Source of the DNA: Bdellovibrionota bacterium
GTDB lineage: Bacteria; Bdellovibrionota_C; UBA2361; OMII01
Direction of reading: 5' to 3'
Assembly: GCA_040398075.1 (NCBI GenBank)
Contig: JBBAUR010000011.1
Location: 9,144 to 73,143 of the forward strand
Length of the DNA: 64,000 nucleotides
Position 1 is the stretch's first letter. Each line of letters starts with the position of its first letter. Below the pieces are notes generated by a model that was given only the letters and a program-made list of their open reading frames with translations, made no database searches and was not told the origin of the DNA. The position numbers and the translations under genes are program-made. This document shows, in pieces, positions 36,498-47,554 of the stretch.

Positions 36498-36524
36498 GGT
36501 CAACGAGATCTAACGGATATCGAT

Positions 36525-38063
36525 ATGGGAAGAGACACCTTTCAGAGAGCTATTATCCTCGCGGCAGTTACCGTCGCAGCTATACTGTGTCTACTGCCGA
36601 CAGCATTTCGGGATAGCTTCCCAACAAATTGGTTTACCCGCCCGCTAGCTCTCGGCCTCGATATCAGCGGTGGTGTACATTTGGTGTATGGAGTGAAGGC
36701 CCAGGAGGCTGTCAAGAGCCGTCTGCAAGCATTGCTCGTGAATGTGCGCTCAGAGCTCAGGAGTAAGAAGATAGCAGTAGCCCAATCATCGGTGACAGCC
36801 GACAACAGGCTCGAGGTCACCCTGCTCACCAATTCATTTCTCGAGGATGCAAAGGCCACCGTAGCCGAGAAGCTCACTGATCTCTCACTCTCCGGGGTAG
36901 AGACCGAAGGATCGCGACCGAAGCTTACCTTCTCAATCGACCCACGAATGACGCAGCGGATCGAGCACGATGCGATCGAGCAGGCTGTTGAGACTCTGCG
37001 AAACCGAGTCGACCAGTTCGGAGTCTCAGAGCCCCTCATCCAGAGGTCGGGGGCCGACCGTATCATCCTGCAGATGCCGGGAGTCTCTGATGTAAATGCA
37101 GTTAAGAAGGTTGTTGGATCGGTTGCCAAGCTCGAGTTCCGGCTGATACCCAGCGCAGCGACAGCTGCTGGGGTCGGTACGGTTACGTTCAAGGACAAGC
37201 AGGGCACACCGATAGTGGTCGAAGACCAGGCCCTCATGACGGGGGACTCTGTCGTCGACGCCCGCGTTGATTTCGATCAGTACAACCAAGTTGAGGTATC
37301 GGTCGTGCTCTCGCCACTCGGGGCACAGACGTTCGCCAAGGTCACCTCGGAGAACGTAGGCAGACAGCTGGCTATCATACTCGATGGGATCGTGTATTCG
37401 AATCCGGTTATCCGTGAAGCTATCACCGGGGGTCGAGCAAACATCTCGGGAGGTTTCACGACCGAAGAGGCGAAGCAGCTCAAGGTGGTACTCAAGGCAG
37501 GAGCTCTGCCAGCCCCTCTTGAGGTTCTCGAAGAGCGCACCGTGGGGCCGACACTCGGAATGGAGTCGGTCAAGAAGGGACTGCTTGCAATGGCCGTCGG
37601 CTTCCTCATTATCGCACTCTTTATGGTGGTGTACTACGCCAAGGCAGGAATGGTGGCGGTAGTAACCCTGATTTTGAACGCGGTCCTGATGGTAGCGGCG
37701 CTGTCGCTCTTTGGGGCTACACTCACGCTGCCTGGTTTGGCCGGTTTGGCGCTCACTATCGGCATGGCAGTCGATTCGAATGTGATTATCTTCGAGCGTA
37801 TACGCGACGAGATCCGCAACGGGGTCGGGCGTGACGTAGCGGTAAATACCGGCTTCGAAAAAGCTTTCGGGGCGATCTTCGATGCGAATATTACGACCCT
37901 GCTCTCGGGGATGATCCTCTACTACTTTGGAACCGGCCCGGTCCGGGGCTTCGCTGTCACGCTCTCGATCGGAGTGATTAGCACGCTCTTTTGTGCGGTG
38001 TTCGCCGCCCGCTTGGCCTTCGACTACTTTGAGCTCAAAGGTAAGCGGGGCTTGTCTATCTAG
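36525..38063 (+). CDS. secD: protein translocase subunit SecD
   Basis: LGLDISGGVHLVY..., periplasmic domains, and six C-terminal TM segments (LTLPGLAGLALTIGMAVDSNVIIFERIRDE). Confidence 0.85.
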   Translation: MGRDTFQRAIILAAVTVAAILCLLPTAFRDSFPTNWFTRPLALGLDISGGVHLVYGVKAQEAVKSRLQALLVNVRSELRSKKIAVAQSSVTADNRLEVTLLTNSFLEDAKATVAEKLTDLSLSGVETEGSRPKLTFSIDPRMTQRIEHDAIEQAVETLRNRVDQFGVSEPLIQRSGADRIILQMPGVSDVNAVKKVVGSVAKLEFRLIPSAATAAGVGTVTFKDKQGTPIVVEDQALMTGDSVVDARVDFDQYNQVEVSVVLSPLGAQTFAKVTSENVGRQLAIILDGIVYSNPVIREAITGGRANISGGFTTEEAKQLKVVLKAGALPAPLEVLEERTVGPTLGMESVKKGLLAMAVGFLIIALFMVVYYAKAGMVAVVTLILNAVLMVAALSLFGATLTLPGLAGLALTIGMAVDSNVIIFERIRDEIRNGVGRDVAVNTGFEKAFGAIFDANITTLLSGMILYYFGTGPVRGFAVTLSIGVISTLFCAVFAARLAFDYFELKGKRGLSI

Positions 38064-38077
38064 GTAGGTGTAACGAT

Positions 38078-39019
38078 ATGAAAGAGCTTATTCCACACAA
38101 TGCAAAGATAGATTTCATGGGTAAAGCGCCCATGTTCATGGTTCTCTCGGCACTCGCGCTTTTGGCTTCTTTCTACGTGTTTTTCACCAGGGGTGAGGGG
38201 AGCTTCGGCACGGATTTCAGTGGAGGACACGAGTTCCTCGTGACATTCCAAGGGGATTTCGACAGCGAAAAGATCCGTGCTGGACTCGCGTCGCAAGGGA
38301 TTTCGGACGCGCGCGTACAAGCCTTCCAAGGTGCTTCGAGGGAGTACTCCATTCGGCTCTCGGAGGTTGCTGATTCGGAGGCGATTCGCGCCAAGATTGA
38401 GGGGGCACTCAAAGGAGCCTTTGGTGACGTTGCGACCATCCAGAAGACCGATTACGTAGGGCCTACGGTGGGTAAAGAGCTCCGCAGGAGCGCGCTGCTG
38501 GCAGTTGTCCTCGGGTTAATCGCGATCCTGGTGTACATTGCTATCCGGTTTGAGTTCTCGGTTGGTCTCGGTTCGATCGTAGCGCTCTTTCATGACGTGG
38601 TCATAGCAACCGGTATCTACATAGCATCGGGACACCTGATCGGCATGGCTACGTTGGCCGGTGCGCTCACCATCGTTGGATATTCAGTCAATGACACCGT
38701 TGTAGTGTTTGATCGAGTGCGTGAGGAACGCAACAAACGCAGGAGCTCCGACCTCTCGTCGATTATCAACGAGGCGCTCAACTTTACCCTGTCGAGAACG
38801 ATCATCACGCACGTGTTGACCCTGTTTTCTGCTCTGGCGCTGTACGTCATTGGTGAAGGCGACATCAAGGATTTGAGCCTATACCTCGTCGCAGGAATCG
38901 TTCTGGGGGCGTATTCCACAATATTCGTTGTTTCGCCGGTAGCCCTCTACTGGGAGCGTTTTCGTGGCCGCGATGAGGGAAAGGTGTCCCAGCCTGCTCA
39001 GGCGAGGCGTGCCTCCTAA
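38078..39019 (+). CDS. secF: protein translocase subunit SecF
   Basis: IDFMGKAPMFMVLSALAL...GTDFSGG...VGYSVNDTVVVFDRVRE. Confidence 0.85.
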   Translation: MKELIPHNAKIDFMGKAPMFMVLSALALLASFYVFFTRGEGSFGTDFSGGHEFLVTFQGDFDSEKIRAGLASQGISDARVQAFQGASREYSIRLSEVADSEAIRAKIEGALKGAFGDVATIQKTDYVGPTVGKELRRSALLAVVLGLIAILVYIAIRFEFSVGLGSIVALFHDVVIATGIYIASGHLIGMATLAGALTIVGYSVNDTVVVFDRVREERNKRRSSDLSSIINEALNFTLSRTIITHVLTLFSALALYVIGEGDIKDLSLYLVAGIVLGAYSTIFVVSPVALYWERFRGRDEGKVSQPAQARRAS

Positions 39020-39047
39020 CTGCTGCAGAGCTACTTCAGGCGCTTCG

Positions 39048-39845
39048 ATGCAGTTTGTCTGTGAGCCGATAGGGGTAATCCATACCGCCAAGGTGGTGAA
39101 GTTCGATGCCCCGCATCAGCCCACGGACGGCATCAATGAACACAACGTCATCGAACTGTATCCCGGTAGACTTTTAGAGCAGGGTTTGAAGGACCTTCAG
39201 GGCTTCGAGCGGATATGGCTCATCTGGTGGTTCGACAGGAATCCGAATTGGCGACCGCTCGTTACCCCCCCGCGTGGTCCGGCCAAGCGTCGGGGGGTGT
39301 TTGCTACCCGCTCACCGCATCGTCCCAGTCCGATCGGTATCACTGCGGTTCCGCTGATTTCAATCGAAGGCCATCGGCTCGTGGTCGGTAACACCGATCT
39401 CCTCGACAGGACGCCGATACTCGACATTAAACCGTACATAAGTGTTATTGATTCCTTTCCAGACCAGAGGCAGGGATGGTTGGAAGAGGTGGAAGGGGAG
39501 TTGGAGAAGTCGCCCTGTTTCCAAGTAGCTCTTGCAGCCGAAGCGAGAGTGCAGGTCGAATGGTTGCAGCGGGAGTGGGGCGTAGAGTTCATATCCAAGA
39601 CGATTGAGATCCTCCGACGCACACCACATCGAAGTCGGATTCACCGTATCTCTGCACCACGTGACGGGGTGTTCCGCCTCAGTAGTGGCGGGTGGCGGGT
39701 GTTTTTCAAGGTAGAGGAGCTAGAGGTAACGGTTTTGCGGATTGCATCTGGCTTTCCCAAGCGCGTACTGCTCGCTGAGGGATACGAAGTGGTTCCACAG
39801 TGGGAAGCTCAGCGGGCGTTTCAGACACGTTGGCCTAGTGACTAA
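39048..39845 (+). CDS. tsaA: tRNA (N6-threonylcarbamoyladenosine(37)) methyltransferase TsaA/TrmO (YaeB family)
   Basis: MQFVCEPIGVIHT...FERIWLIWWFDRN...RSPHRPSPIGITAV...RTPILDIKPY. The frame is open from 38964, overlapping secF, so the internal ATG at 39048 was chosen. Confidence 0.7.
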   Translation: MQFVCEPIGVIHTAKVVKFDAPHQPTDGINEHNVIELYPGRLLEQGLKDLQGFERIWLIWWFDRNPNWRPLVTPPRGPAKRRGVFATRSPHRPSPIGITAVPLISIEGHRLVVGNTDLLDRTPILDIKPYISVIDSFPDQRQGWLEEVEGELEKSPCFQVALAAEARVQVEWLQREWGVEFISKTIEILRRTPHRSRIHRISAPRDGVFRLSSGGWRVFFKVEELEVTVLRIASGFPKRVLLAEGYEVVPQWEAQRAFQTRWPSD

Positions 39846-40194
39846 AAGCGCCGTACGGAGGGGGCGCTCGACGAACATTGGATCTGGTTACCGTTATAGA
39901 GGGCGAGCGAGGTCCCGCTCGGCATCTGAAGCAAAAACTGGAACATCGAACGAGGCAGAGAAGTCGACCCCGGGTGTTTTGGCTTTTGTAGTGAGGGTCC
40001 ACCTGACCGTGGTTGTGGGATCAGCTTCTCGCCACGAAGGTAGGTGTGCAGGGATCTCAATCTCGAAAGGGACAACGGATGAACCACCAACACCACGTTG
40101 AATGTTCGACAGCTCTTCCTTGTGCCAAAGAGATTTGAACTCGGACGGACGACTCCTTTCCAGACCCTGTCCTCTCTGTCTGCAGGCATTCTAA

Positions 40195-40295
40195 TCTAGT
40201 TTCTGTCCGGAAACACCGACTACGCGAACTCTCGCTTATATTCCCTGCGAAGCAAAAGGATCTTCATCGATAATTCGGGGTCGCTGCCGCAGCCT
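40195..40295. repeat. partial copy of the R2 MITE-like element (one terminus plus about 85 bp)
   Basis: ctagtttctgtccggaaacaccgactacgcgaactctcgcttatattccctgcgaagcaaaaggatcttcatcgataattcggggtcgctgc matches the reverse complement of 25170-25262 with a few mismatches. Confidence 0.7.
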
Positions 40296-40538
40296 AGCCT
40301 CGCGTTTATCGCGACTTTTCGCATCGAGAGCGCCCGCCAGGAATGCGTATCCTATCCCCCCGAAGAGTACCGAAAAAACCGAGAAAAGTGCGACATGTCC
40401 GGCCCGTGCATCGCGACACAGAACTAACTCACGAGGGTCGGAAGGGTTTACGTAGCATCGGAAAGGCTCCAGGCCGCCGCGGTAACGTGAAAGTTCGCGG
40501 TACGCATCCGGATGAAATGATCCGATATTGTCACTACC

Positions 40539-41342
40539 TCAAGGCTGCAATCGAAACGAAACCGGTGCCGTTAAAGTGAGTGTCGTAGCGTTCAGCTCTG
40601 GCGGGAAGGGTGGAAAGGGGGATGCGCGCTTGACCAGTTCAAGGAGCTCTCGATCGAGAATCTCAGAGCCGGTAGATGAAACTATGCTGAAAGAGATGAG
40701 TGTGCCGCGAGCATCTAGTTGTAAACGGATCGTCCCAGTTCCACTCTCTCTCCGTCTGCGAGCACGCTCCGGATACTGTTTTGAGCGGCTGAGAAGAGAA
40801 GCTATGAGCCTCTGATAAGAGATGTGTGCGTGCGTACTCGAGGAGGTGCCCGCTCGAGCGGAAGATGCAAACGTAGTCGACTTGACATCGGGGGATGTCG
40901 ACGGTTCAAGTGAGTTTGGATTGTTCGCTTGGACTGTGTGCGGGATCGGAGCACGGGGTTTGCTTTCAAGGTCAGTGCGCTGCGCGAGAGCCGAGGGCGA
41001 CCGTTTGAGCCTCTGGTGTTGTTCGGTCAGCAACCTTTGCGGGGAGGGGGGCTGGAGTGTCTGAGCACGCAGCGCTGTGGTTTCGGCGGGCAACGACTCG
41101 AGCGATACGGAGTACACAAGTACCTCTCCCGAAGGGGGTTTAGGGTGCGGCGCATATAGATAATGCACTCCAACCGATATGGCAGCGGGAACGATGTGAA
41201 GGCCTAGTGAGAAGGTCAGCGCAGAGAGCAGCGACACATCCCCAGCGCGAGTAACGCGTCCCGGAACTGGGTACGGCGCCGCGTTTGCTGGTGTTGGGTC
41301 GACGGCCTCGGATCGGTTGTTTTTCAGCGCTGTAGACATCAA
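40539..41342 (-). CDS. energy transducer TonB-like protein (TonB C-terminal domain)
   Basis: N-terminal TM segment and a Pro-rich linker (KPPSGE...PPSPQ). The C-terminus QYPERARRRRESGTGTIRLQLDARGTLISFSIVSSTGSEILDRELLELVKRASPFPPFP is typical of the TonB C-terminal domain. Confidence 0.6.
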   Translation of the reverse strand: MMSTALKNNRSEAVDPTPANAAPYPVPGRVTRAGDVSLLSALTFSLGLHIVPAAISVGVHYLYAPHPKPPSGEVLVYSVSLESLPAETTALRAQTLQPPSPQRLLTEQHQRLKRSPSALAQRTDLESKPRAPIPHTVQANNPNSLEPSTSPDVKSTTFASSARAGTSSSTHAHISYQRLIASLLSRSKQYPERARRRRESGTGTIRLQLDARGTLISFSIVSSTGSEILDRELLELVKRASPFPPFPPELNATTLTLTAPVSFRLQP

Positions 41343-41414
41343 ACCTCTCGAGCGAGTTATGGCGCTGTAGCCGCCGGAGGTAGCCAGGCCCTGGACCTTA
41401 CGATGTGGAGGTAG

Positions 41415-42197
41415 TTAATTCAGCTGCTTGAGCGGTATCTTGTGGACGTACAGGACGCTCTGTCGCGCATCCTTCACTGGTATGGTGTAGCTTGCCGCCG
41501 CAGGGGTTTGAAAGGAGTTGGTGATGAATGTGGCCCCGGGCTTCATCTCCTGCTCGGCTTTGGTCCACAGCCGCTCCATCGGCGCGGGTGACAGGAAGGT
41601 GTACACGAAGTCGTACCCCGAGAGGTCTACTCTCCACATACTCTGAAAGCGAATCGAGACTGAAGAGCGAGCTCGTACCGCAGCCTTTACTTTTGCTAGA
41701 AGCCACGGCAAGACGCCTATCTCTATACCCACGAATCGTCCATGCGGGCGGCGCTTGGAAAGAAACAACAGCAGGTCAGCCGTTCCGCATCCGACATCTA
41801 TAAAGGTGAACGGTGCGGCGGTCGGTAACTCCGCCAGCACCAGTGCATAGGCAGCTCTGTGTGTAGGGTAGTACGGAACACGTGTCCAGAAGGCGGGCGC
41901 GTAGGTAAGCAGTGAACCCAAAAAAAGGAGTAGAAACACCCAGCCCGGGATCACCACTGCAAACGCCGATGCGGTTGCAAGGGGAAGTATGAGGTTCAAC
42001 AGCTGCCACGGAAGAGAAAGCGCCAGGATGTGCGATGCCACGAAGGCAACGAGAGCGCTGCACAGCAGTGAGGTGCTCAGTGAGTGGGCGAAGCTCCACA
42101 CGATCACGAGAATGCTGGCGGCGATCACCTGACAGACGGCTGTCTGCAGAAGGAAGAGAAGCGGTGCTAGTGAGCTTCGCGTCGTCATCGTGCTCAC
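41415..42197 (-). CDS. membrane-anchored class I SAM-dependent methyltransferase
   Basis: About four N-terminal TM helices followed by [15 protein letters not shown] (motif I), GIEIG, and YDFVYTF (motif III-like). Confidence 0.55.
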   Translation of the reverse strand: MSTMTTRSSLAPLLFLLQTAVCQVIAASILVIVWSFAHSLSTSLLCSALVAFVASHILALSLPWQLLNLILPLATASAFAVVIPGWVFLLLFLGSLLTYAPAFWTRVPYYPTHRAAYALVLAELPTAAPFTFIDVGCGTADLLLFLSKRRPHGRFVGIEIGVLPWLLAKVKAAVRARSSVSIRFQSMWRVDLSGYDFVYTFLSPAPMERLWTKAEQEMKPGATFITNSFQTPAAASYTIPVKDARQSVLYVHKIPLKQLN

Positions 42198-43210
42198 ACC
42201 TGTAGGAGGCTCTTGGGCAGGTGATGGCGAACCGACTGCGCATAGTACTGGTCGAGCTCGAGTACTTTCTCTTTCAAGCCGACGGCTTCGGGAGACTCAG
42301 GTAGCTTTACCAAAAAGCGCACGAAGAGGTCTCCGCGCGTGCCATCCCGAAACGCTACACCTTGGTTCCGGAGCCTGACCTCCTGACCACTCTGCGTGCC
42401 AGAGTCAACGGACACGAGTAGGGGCTCGCCGAGCGATGGAATCTGAATTCGAGCACCGTGAATCGCTTCGGACACTGAGATCGGGACCTCAATAGTAAGC
42501 CCCTTGTGGGTCATCGACATCCATGGATGCGCGGCAACTCTAACGATCAGTACCACCTCCTCGGAGGGGTCCTCCTTGCGGCGGAAGCGGACCACACTTC
42601 CGGAGCGCACCCCTGGAGGGATAGTAACCGAGATCTTGCGCTGGCCGCCCTTCTCGTCGGAGACCTCTACCGTTCGACGCACACCTGTGATCGCCTCCGT
42701 GATCGCTATGGAAACCTCGATGAGTGAAACCTGCGAAACTTGAGGAGCCGTGGAGGGCTCGCGGCCCGTGACCTTCTTCGACACCTTGGTACGCAGTTTC
42801 TGGAAGGTATCGCGGGAGAGGCGTACGATTCGTCCTAGGTTACGCTCCCGTTTTGGGGCTGGCTTCGCTCGCACAGTTTGGGGCCCGGCGGTCTGTTGCG
42901 AAGTAGTAGGTCTGACGCGTTGATGGCTGGAGGCGCGCTGCTGTTGCTTGCGGTAGGCCTCGTGTGCGCGCTCGAAAGCCGACGCGAAGCCCTCGTGGGA
43001 TTCCTTCTCGAGGTCCAGGTCGTACTGCTTACGCTGTTTTGCGTCCGACAGTACGGCGTATGCCTGCGCAATCTGTTTGAATTTCTCCTCGGAGCTCTTG
43101 CCTGGATTGACATCCGGGTGGTACCGCCGGGCCAAGACCCGGTAGGCACGCCTGATCTCTTCGTTCGTCGCAGCCGTGGAAACTCCGAGGATTCTGTAGT
43201 AGTTATGCAT
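42194..43210 (-). CDS. J-domain protein of the DnaJ/CbpA type (J domain plus DnaJ C-terminal domains, no zinc finger)
   Basis: [37 protein letters not shown] (J domain with HPD) and two C-terminal beta-sandwich DnaJ_C-like regions. Confidence 0.7.
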   Translation of the reverse strand: MHNYYRILGVSTAATNEEIRRAYRVLARRYHPDVNPGKSSEEKFKQIAQAYAVLSDAKQRKQYDLDLEKESHEGFASAFERAHEAYRKQQQRASSHQRVRPTTSQQTAGPQTVRAKPAPKRERNLGRIVRLSRDTFQKLRTKVSKKVTGREPSTAPQVSQVSLIEVSIAITEAITGVRRTVEVSDEKGGQRKISVTIPPGVRSGSVVRFRRKEDPSEEVVLIVRVAAHPWMSMTHKGLTIEVPISVSEAIHGARIQIPSLGEPLLVSVDSGTQSGQEVRLRNQGVAFRDGTRGDLFVRFLVKLPESPEAVGLKEKVLELDQYYAQSVRHHLPKSLLQV

Positions 43211-43382
43211 GGTGTAGTTCGAGCCCGTACGCCACAAGAAGCGATCCGCGTCACAATCTGACGAGAGAGCTTTACTGAAGCGGGTTGGGACGCTTAATCT
43301 CTCCTTTTCATACTATGAAGTCCGCCTGTGGCCCAAGCCAGTATTACCGGGGGTGCAATAGCGGCGTTTAGGAACAGCGACG

Positions 43383-45086
43383 ATGAATGCCAACCCTCCG
43401 ACCAGCCCGCGCCGTAAGATCCTCGTTACGGCTGCACTACCCTATTCGAACGGAGACCTGCACGTCGGGCATCTCGGTGGTGCATACGTCCCGGCAGATG
43501 TGTACGTGCGTTATCTGCGGCTGACAGGAGCAGATGTCCGCTTTATTTGTGGTTCGGACGACCACGGCGTTGCCATCATGATTACGGGTGAAAAACAGGG
43601 TAAGACTCCGGCTGAAGTTGCTGATTACTACCGCGCACGTCAAGCCGAGGATTTCCGCGCGATGAAGATAGACTTCGACATCTATAGCGGTACGAGCACC
43701 AATCCCTTTCATGCCAAAGCGAGCCAAGATTTCTTCAAAGCGGTGTACGAGAAGGGGTACTTCGTCAAGCAGAGCTCGCGGCAATTCTACGACGAATCGC
43801 GCGCGGCCTTCCTTCCCGACCGTTATGTCCAAGGCACGTGTGGATTCTGCGGTGCGGCGAATCAAAATGGAGACCAGTGCGAGAACTGCGGTAAGGTGCT
43901 CGACGTGGACAGCCTCAAGAGCGCCACGAGCGTCCTTTCAGGCAGCCCGGCGATCATCAAAGAAACCGTTCACTGGTTCCTGGACCTGTCGCAATTCAAG
44001 AGTGAGGTTGAGGGATGGGTCGAAACCGCAGAGCTTCGAGACCACACGCGCGCATACGTCAAAGGGCTCATCTCTACCGGCCTCGTAAAACGCGCAATGA
44101 CGCGAGATATCTCATGGGGTATACCAGTTCCTCTCGATGATCCCGACGCCAAAGGCAAGGTGCTCTACGTGTGGTTCGACGCGCCGATCGGATACGTCTC
44201 CAACACGATGGAGTTGTGTCAACGAGAGGGACGCGACCCAAGCGCAGCAGATGAGTGGTGGAGGTCCAAGGAGGTCGAGATTCGGCATTTCATCGGGGAG
44301 GACAACACGATCTTCCACTGCGTGATTTGGATAGCGATGCTGAGTGCCGAAGGTACCCTCACCCTTCCCAAAGGGGTGCTCGTGAATCAGTACTTCAACA
44401 TCCAGTTCCCCGGTAAGGAGGTGGAGAAGATCTCCAAATCGCGCGGCACGGCCGTATGGGTTCGTGATCTGGTGACGGCAGGGGTTGATCCCGATTCGGT
44501 GCGCTTTTACTTGACCTCCATTGCGACAGAACGTGCGAGGTCAGTGTACAAACCCGATGATCTCGAGCGCCGTCACAACTCAGAGTTGGCTGATACGCTA
44601 GGGAACTTCGTGAACCGTATCACCTCGTTTACCATGAAGTACTGCGGTCCACAGGTTCCTGAGCTCGACAGAAGTCGGATGACCGAACGGGACCTCGCCT
44701 TCGAGCAGAGCATTCGTGCTACCTTCGAGGAGGCCACGGCAGAGCTCGAAGGGTGTTCGTTCAAAGGTGCCCTCGAGCGCATTATGGAGTTCGCGCGCGA
44801 GTGTAACCGGTACGTTGACGAGAAGGCTCCCTGGAGCAGTCGTAAGACAGACATGCAGGCCACACGCGTGACCCTAGCCTGTTCCTTGCGTGCTATTCAC
44901 GCGCTCGGGGTGATGTTGACGCCGTTTCTTCCAACCGCCGGACCGAGGATTCTGTCGGCGTTTGGGCGCAAAACTGAGGATATCTCGTGGCGTGATGCAG
45001 TGGATTTCCCCTTAGATTCCGTGCCACTTAGCCAGCCGCCGATCCTCTTCCAGAAGATGGGTGCGGCAGCCTCTCCACACAAGTAA
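43383..45086 (+). CDS. metG: methionine--tRNA ligase
   Basis: ALPYSNGDLHVGHLGG (HIGH motif), the Zn knuckle CGFCGAANQNGDQCENCG, and KISKSRG (KMSKS motif). Confidence 0.9.
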   Translation: MNANPPTSPRRKILVTAALPYSNGDLHVGHLGGAYVPADVYVRYLRLTGADVRFICGSDDHGVAIMITGEKQGKTPAEVADYYRARQAEDFRAMKIDFDIYSGTSTNPFHAKASQDFFKAVYEKGYFVKQSSRQFYDESRAAFLPDRYVQGTCGFCGAANQNGDQCENCGKVLDVDSLKSATSVLSGSPAIIKETVHWFLDLSQFKSEVEGWVETAELRDHTRAYVKGLISTGLVKRAMTRDISWGIPVPLDDPDAKGKVLYVWFDAPIGYVSNTMELCQREGRDPSAADEWWRSKEVEIRHFIGEDNTIFHCVIWIAMLSAEGTLTLPKGVLVNQYFNIQFPGKEVEKISKSRGTAVWVRDLVTAGVDPDSVRFYLTSIATERARSVYKPDDLERRHNSELADTLGNFVNRITSFTMKYCGPQVPELDRSRMTERDLAFEQSIRATFEEATAELEGCSFKGALERIMEFARECNRYVDEKAPWSSRKTDMQATRVTLACSLRAIHALGVMLTPFLPTAGPRILSAFGRKTEDISWRDAVDFPLDSVPLSQPPILFQKMGAAASPHK

Positions 45087-45282
45087 CAGGTTTCGTAAGT
45101 CTGAGGGAAGCACTTCGCCCCTTTCCAAGAGACGGTGTTCGTGTTGAATTGTTGGGTGCGCCGGGAGGTTCTCCGGCACACAGCCTGATACCGAAGTCTA
45201 ACCACGGCGCAGATTTCGTGCGCCCAGGGAGTAGGTCGGTAAGTGGCTGCGTCACCGTGTATCCGAAGTTACCTAAACACTT

Positions 45283-45924
45283 ATGCAACACGCCCAACCG
45301 CTAGCCGATGAGTCCACCTGGAGAGAGAACGTCCATCAATGGGTGAACGAGGCAGGTATTTTAAACGAGGATGTAGAGCGCCTCGTGTCGAATTGCTTTT
45401 GCGCTGTTCCGCGTGCGCATTTCGTCGATGAGAGGTATCGAGCGCTAGCGGCGCAGGATGTCGATATCCCTCTGGCGCACGGTCAGTGGCTTACCCGACC
45501 CTCGCTGTTGATACGCGTGTTGGGTCTGATCAATTTCAGACGTCGGATGCGTATCCTCGAACTGGGGTTCGGTAGTGGATACCTGTGTGCTGTCATGGCG
45601 GCCGGAGGCTGTCAGATCTTCGGCGTAGAAACAGTGGGGATATTCGCCCAAAGCTCGCGCAAACTTCTCGATACACTGGGGCATCACGGGGTCGTCGTGC
45701 GCCGGGGTGAGGGCCGAAAGGGGTGGCCTGAGGTCGGGCCGTTCGATGCTATCGTGACATCCTATGGAGTGCAGGAGGAGGGTGAGCTTCCACTGCCGCA
45801 GCTTGCGTTGGGTGGGGTGCTGGTCGCGACCTTGCTGGTTGATGGAGCGTATCGCCTGACGTTGTGGAAGCGGGGCGATGAGGGGTTCAAGCGGGTGGTG
45901 TTCGAAGCTGTAGAGGCTAATTAG
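45283..45924 (+). CDS. pcm: protein-L-isoaspartate O-methyltransferase-like protein
   Basis: VPRAHFV...ILELGFGSGYLCAVMA...GPFDAIVTS follows the PCMT pattern. Confidence 0.6.
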   Translation: MQHAQPLADESTWRENVHQWVNEAGILNEDVERLVSNCFCAVPRAHFVDERYRALAAQDVDIPLAHGQWLTRPSLLIRVLGLINFRRRMRILELGFGSGYLCAVMAAGGCQIFGVETVGIFAQSSRKLLDTLGHHGVVVRRGEGRKGWPEVGPFDAIVTSYGVQEEGELPLPQLALGGVLVATLLVDGAYRLTLWKRGDEGFKRVVFEAVEAN

Positions 45925-45951
45925 GGCACCCGAGAGGGAGAGGAGCAGCAG

Positions 45952-46716
45952 ATGCGTGCGCTCGTCGTCATGGTCGTAATGGCCGGTTTTTGCGCGGGGT
46001 GTAGCTTCCGAGGAGGATCTGCACGTGAGCCAGGGAGAGAGTCCATCTACCTCGTTGAGCGGGGAGATACCCTAGAAAAGATCGGGCAGAGGTTCGCTAT
46101 CCCGGCCCGTGAATTACAGCGTTACAACGAGATCGTCGATCCGCGAAAGCTCCAAATCGGTCAACTTCTGCGTATCCCTGCCGTGGGTCCTCTGGGTGGT
46201 CATACCAGCCTGCAGAATGAGTCGCCGTTCCTCGCTGAACCGTCGGAGAACGCCTCACCACGGCACGTCTCGCTGGCTCCAGCACGGCACTACATCGGAA
46301 CGTTGACGCTCCCCGTGCAGGGAGCAACCTATACGTCCAGGTTCGGATGGCGTTGGAGCAAATTTCACGAAGGGATAGACCTCGCTGCGCCCGAGGGGAC
46401 CAAGATCGTCGCGGCACATGCTGGCAAAGTCGTGTATACGAGCGAGGACTACTATGGATACGGGCGAATAGTGGTGGTGCGTGGTGACGGCTTGATGACG
46501 GTCTACGGGCACAACAGACGTAACAGGGTGTCGATTGGCGAGCATGTCGCAAAAGGGGATTGGATCGCAGATGTAGGTCAGACCGGCGACGCGAGTGGTC
46601 CTCATCTGCACTTTGAGACCCGAGTTCTGGACCAAATCGGTCGCTATGCTGCGGTTGATCCGGCTCGGTTTTTCCGGCAGCAGAAACGCACCACAGCGGT
46701 CGATGCTCAGTCCTAG
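45952..46716 (+). CDS. LysM-domain M23 family peptidase (lipoprotein-type signal)
   Basis: FCAGCS lipobox, LysM (IYLVERGDTLEKIGQRFAIPARELQRYNEI), and M23 motifs (GIDLAAPEGTKIVAAHAGKVVY...GHNRRNRV...GPHLHFE). Confidence 0.75.
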   Translation: MRALVVMVVMAGFCAGCSFRGGSAREPGRESIYLVERGDTLEKIGQRFAIPARELQRYNEIVDPRKLQIGQLLRIPAVGPLGGHTSLQNESPFLAEPSENASPRHVSLAPARHYIGTLTLPVQGATYTSRFGWRWSKFHEGIDLAAPEGTKIVAAHAGKVVYTSEDYYGYGRIVVVRGDGLMTVYGHNRRNRVSIGEHVAKGDWIADVGQTGDASGPHLHFETRVLDQIGRYAAVDPARFFRQQKRTTAVDAQS

Positions 46717-46817
46717 CTAATGTGTTACGCGGGGCCTTTGATGCTCGCTTTCGTGTGCGCGATAGATCTCACGACGGTGTAGTGTTGTGAGCGGCCATCC
46801 TCTGGAGTTGCGCACTG

Positions 46818-47279
46818 TCAGGCTGCTGACGCGCTCTTGATCAAGCTCTCGTACGCCTGCTGGATGTGTACCATCTTTTCATGAGCGAGAGTGCGCAGCT
46901 CCTCGCCCAGATGAGCTACTCGGTCGGGATGATACTGGAGCGCTAGCTCTTTGTAGCGAGCTTCAATCTCGTCTCGCGAGGCGTTATGTGGAAGATTGAA
47001 GAGAGCGTAAGGGTCAATTGAAGGTGGCTTTGCCGAGCTTTCAGGCGGGTTTGACTGGGAGGCTTTCCTTCCCTGAGGTGGCCGGAGTCGTACGTAGCTC
47101 TGCCACAACACCAAACTAAGTACGAGGAGATCGTCTATTCGACCGAGAGGGCCCAAGATGTCTGGAATCAGATCTAAGGGCCAAAGAAGATAGATGACCG
47201 CAAGAGCAAGGGAGAGTGGCGACTTGAGAGAAGGTTTCATGGCCCTGAAGATGCTACGATGGCGCGCCTGTTCCTTCAA
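46818..47279 (-). CDS. DUF1232 (YkvA-like) membrane domain fused to a C-terminal J domain
   Basis: LALAVIYLLWPLDLIPDILGPLGRIDDLLV is DUF1232-like. The C-terminus DPYALFNLPHNASRDEIEARYKELALQYHPDR is a J domain with HPD. Confidence 0.5.
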   Translation of the reverse strand: MKEQARHRSIFRAMKPSLKSPLSLALAVIYLLWPLDLIPDILGPLGRIDDLLVLSLVLWQSYVRLRPPQGRKASQSNPPESSAKPPSIDPYALFNLPHNASRDEIEARYKELALQYHPDRVAHLGEELRTLAHEKMVHIQQAYESLIKSASAA

Positions 47280-47554
47280 TGGTCCTGGAAGTTTTTGCTT
47301 ACAAGGATGAGAGCCATGCCTTCCAAGCTAAGCCTTTTAGCCAGAGTGACTCCTGCTCCAGGTACGTTTACCTTTAAGAGCCTGGGAAAAATTACGATTT
47401 ATAGGTCAAAACAAGAGGTTATGCTCTCTCCGTGCGAGTTGCTACCCATTCGATTCCACGTTGAGCCTTTATTTATTTCGTCCTACGAGTCGCCATTGTA
47501 GAGTACTATGAGTAGTAAGAGATAACCCTGCGCGGGCATCAGCGAGGCGATCGT

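Noticed and set aside
40100-40195. tRNA-like fragment (GATTTGAACTC resembles the reverse complement of a T-loop) just upstream of the partial R2 copy, which could mark an attachment site
   Set aside because: I could not build a cloverleaf in either orientation: there is no 5-bp T-stem, acceptor stem or CCA context. It is probably a chance match.
40343-40579. 78-aa highly basic ORF (MRILSPRRVPKKPRKVRHVRPVHRD...) between tsaA and the TonB-like gene
   Set aside because: Arg/Lys/Pro-rich low-complexity product beside a repeat remnant, with no RBS. Likely non-coding.
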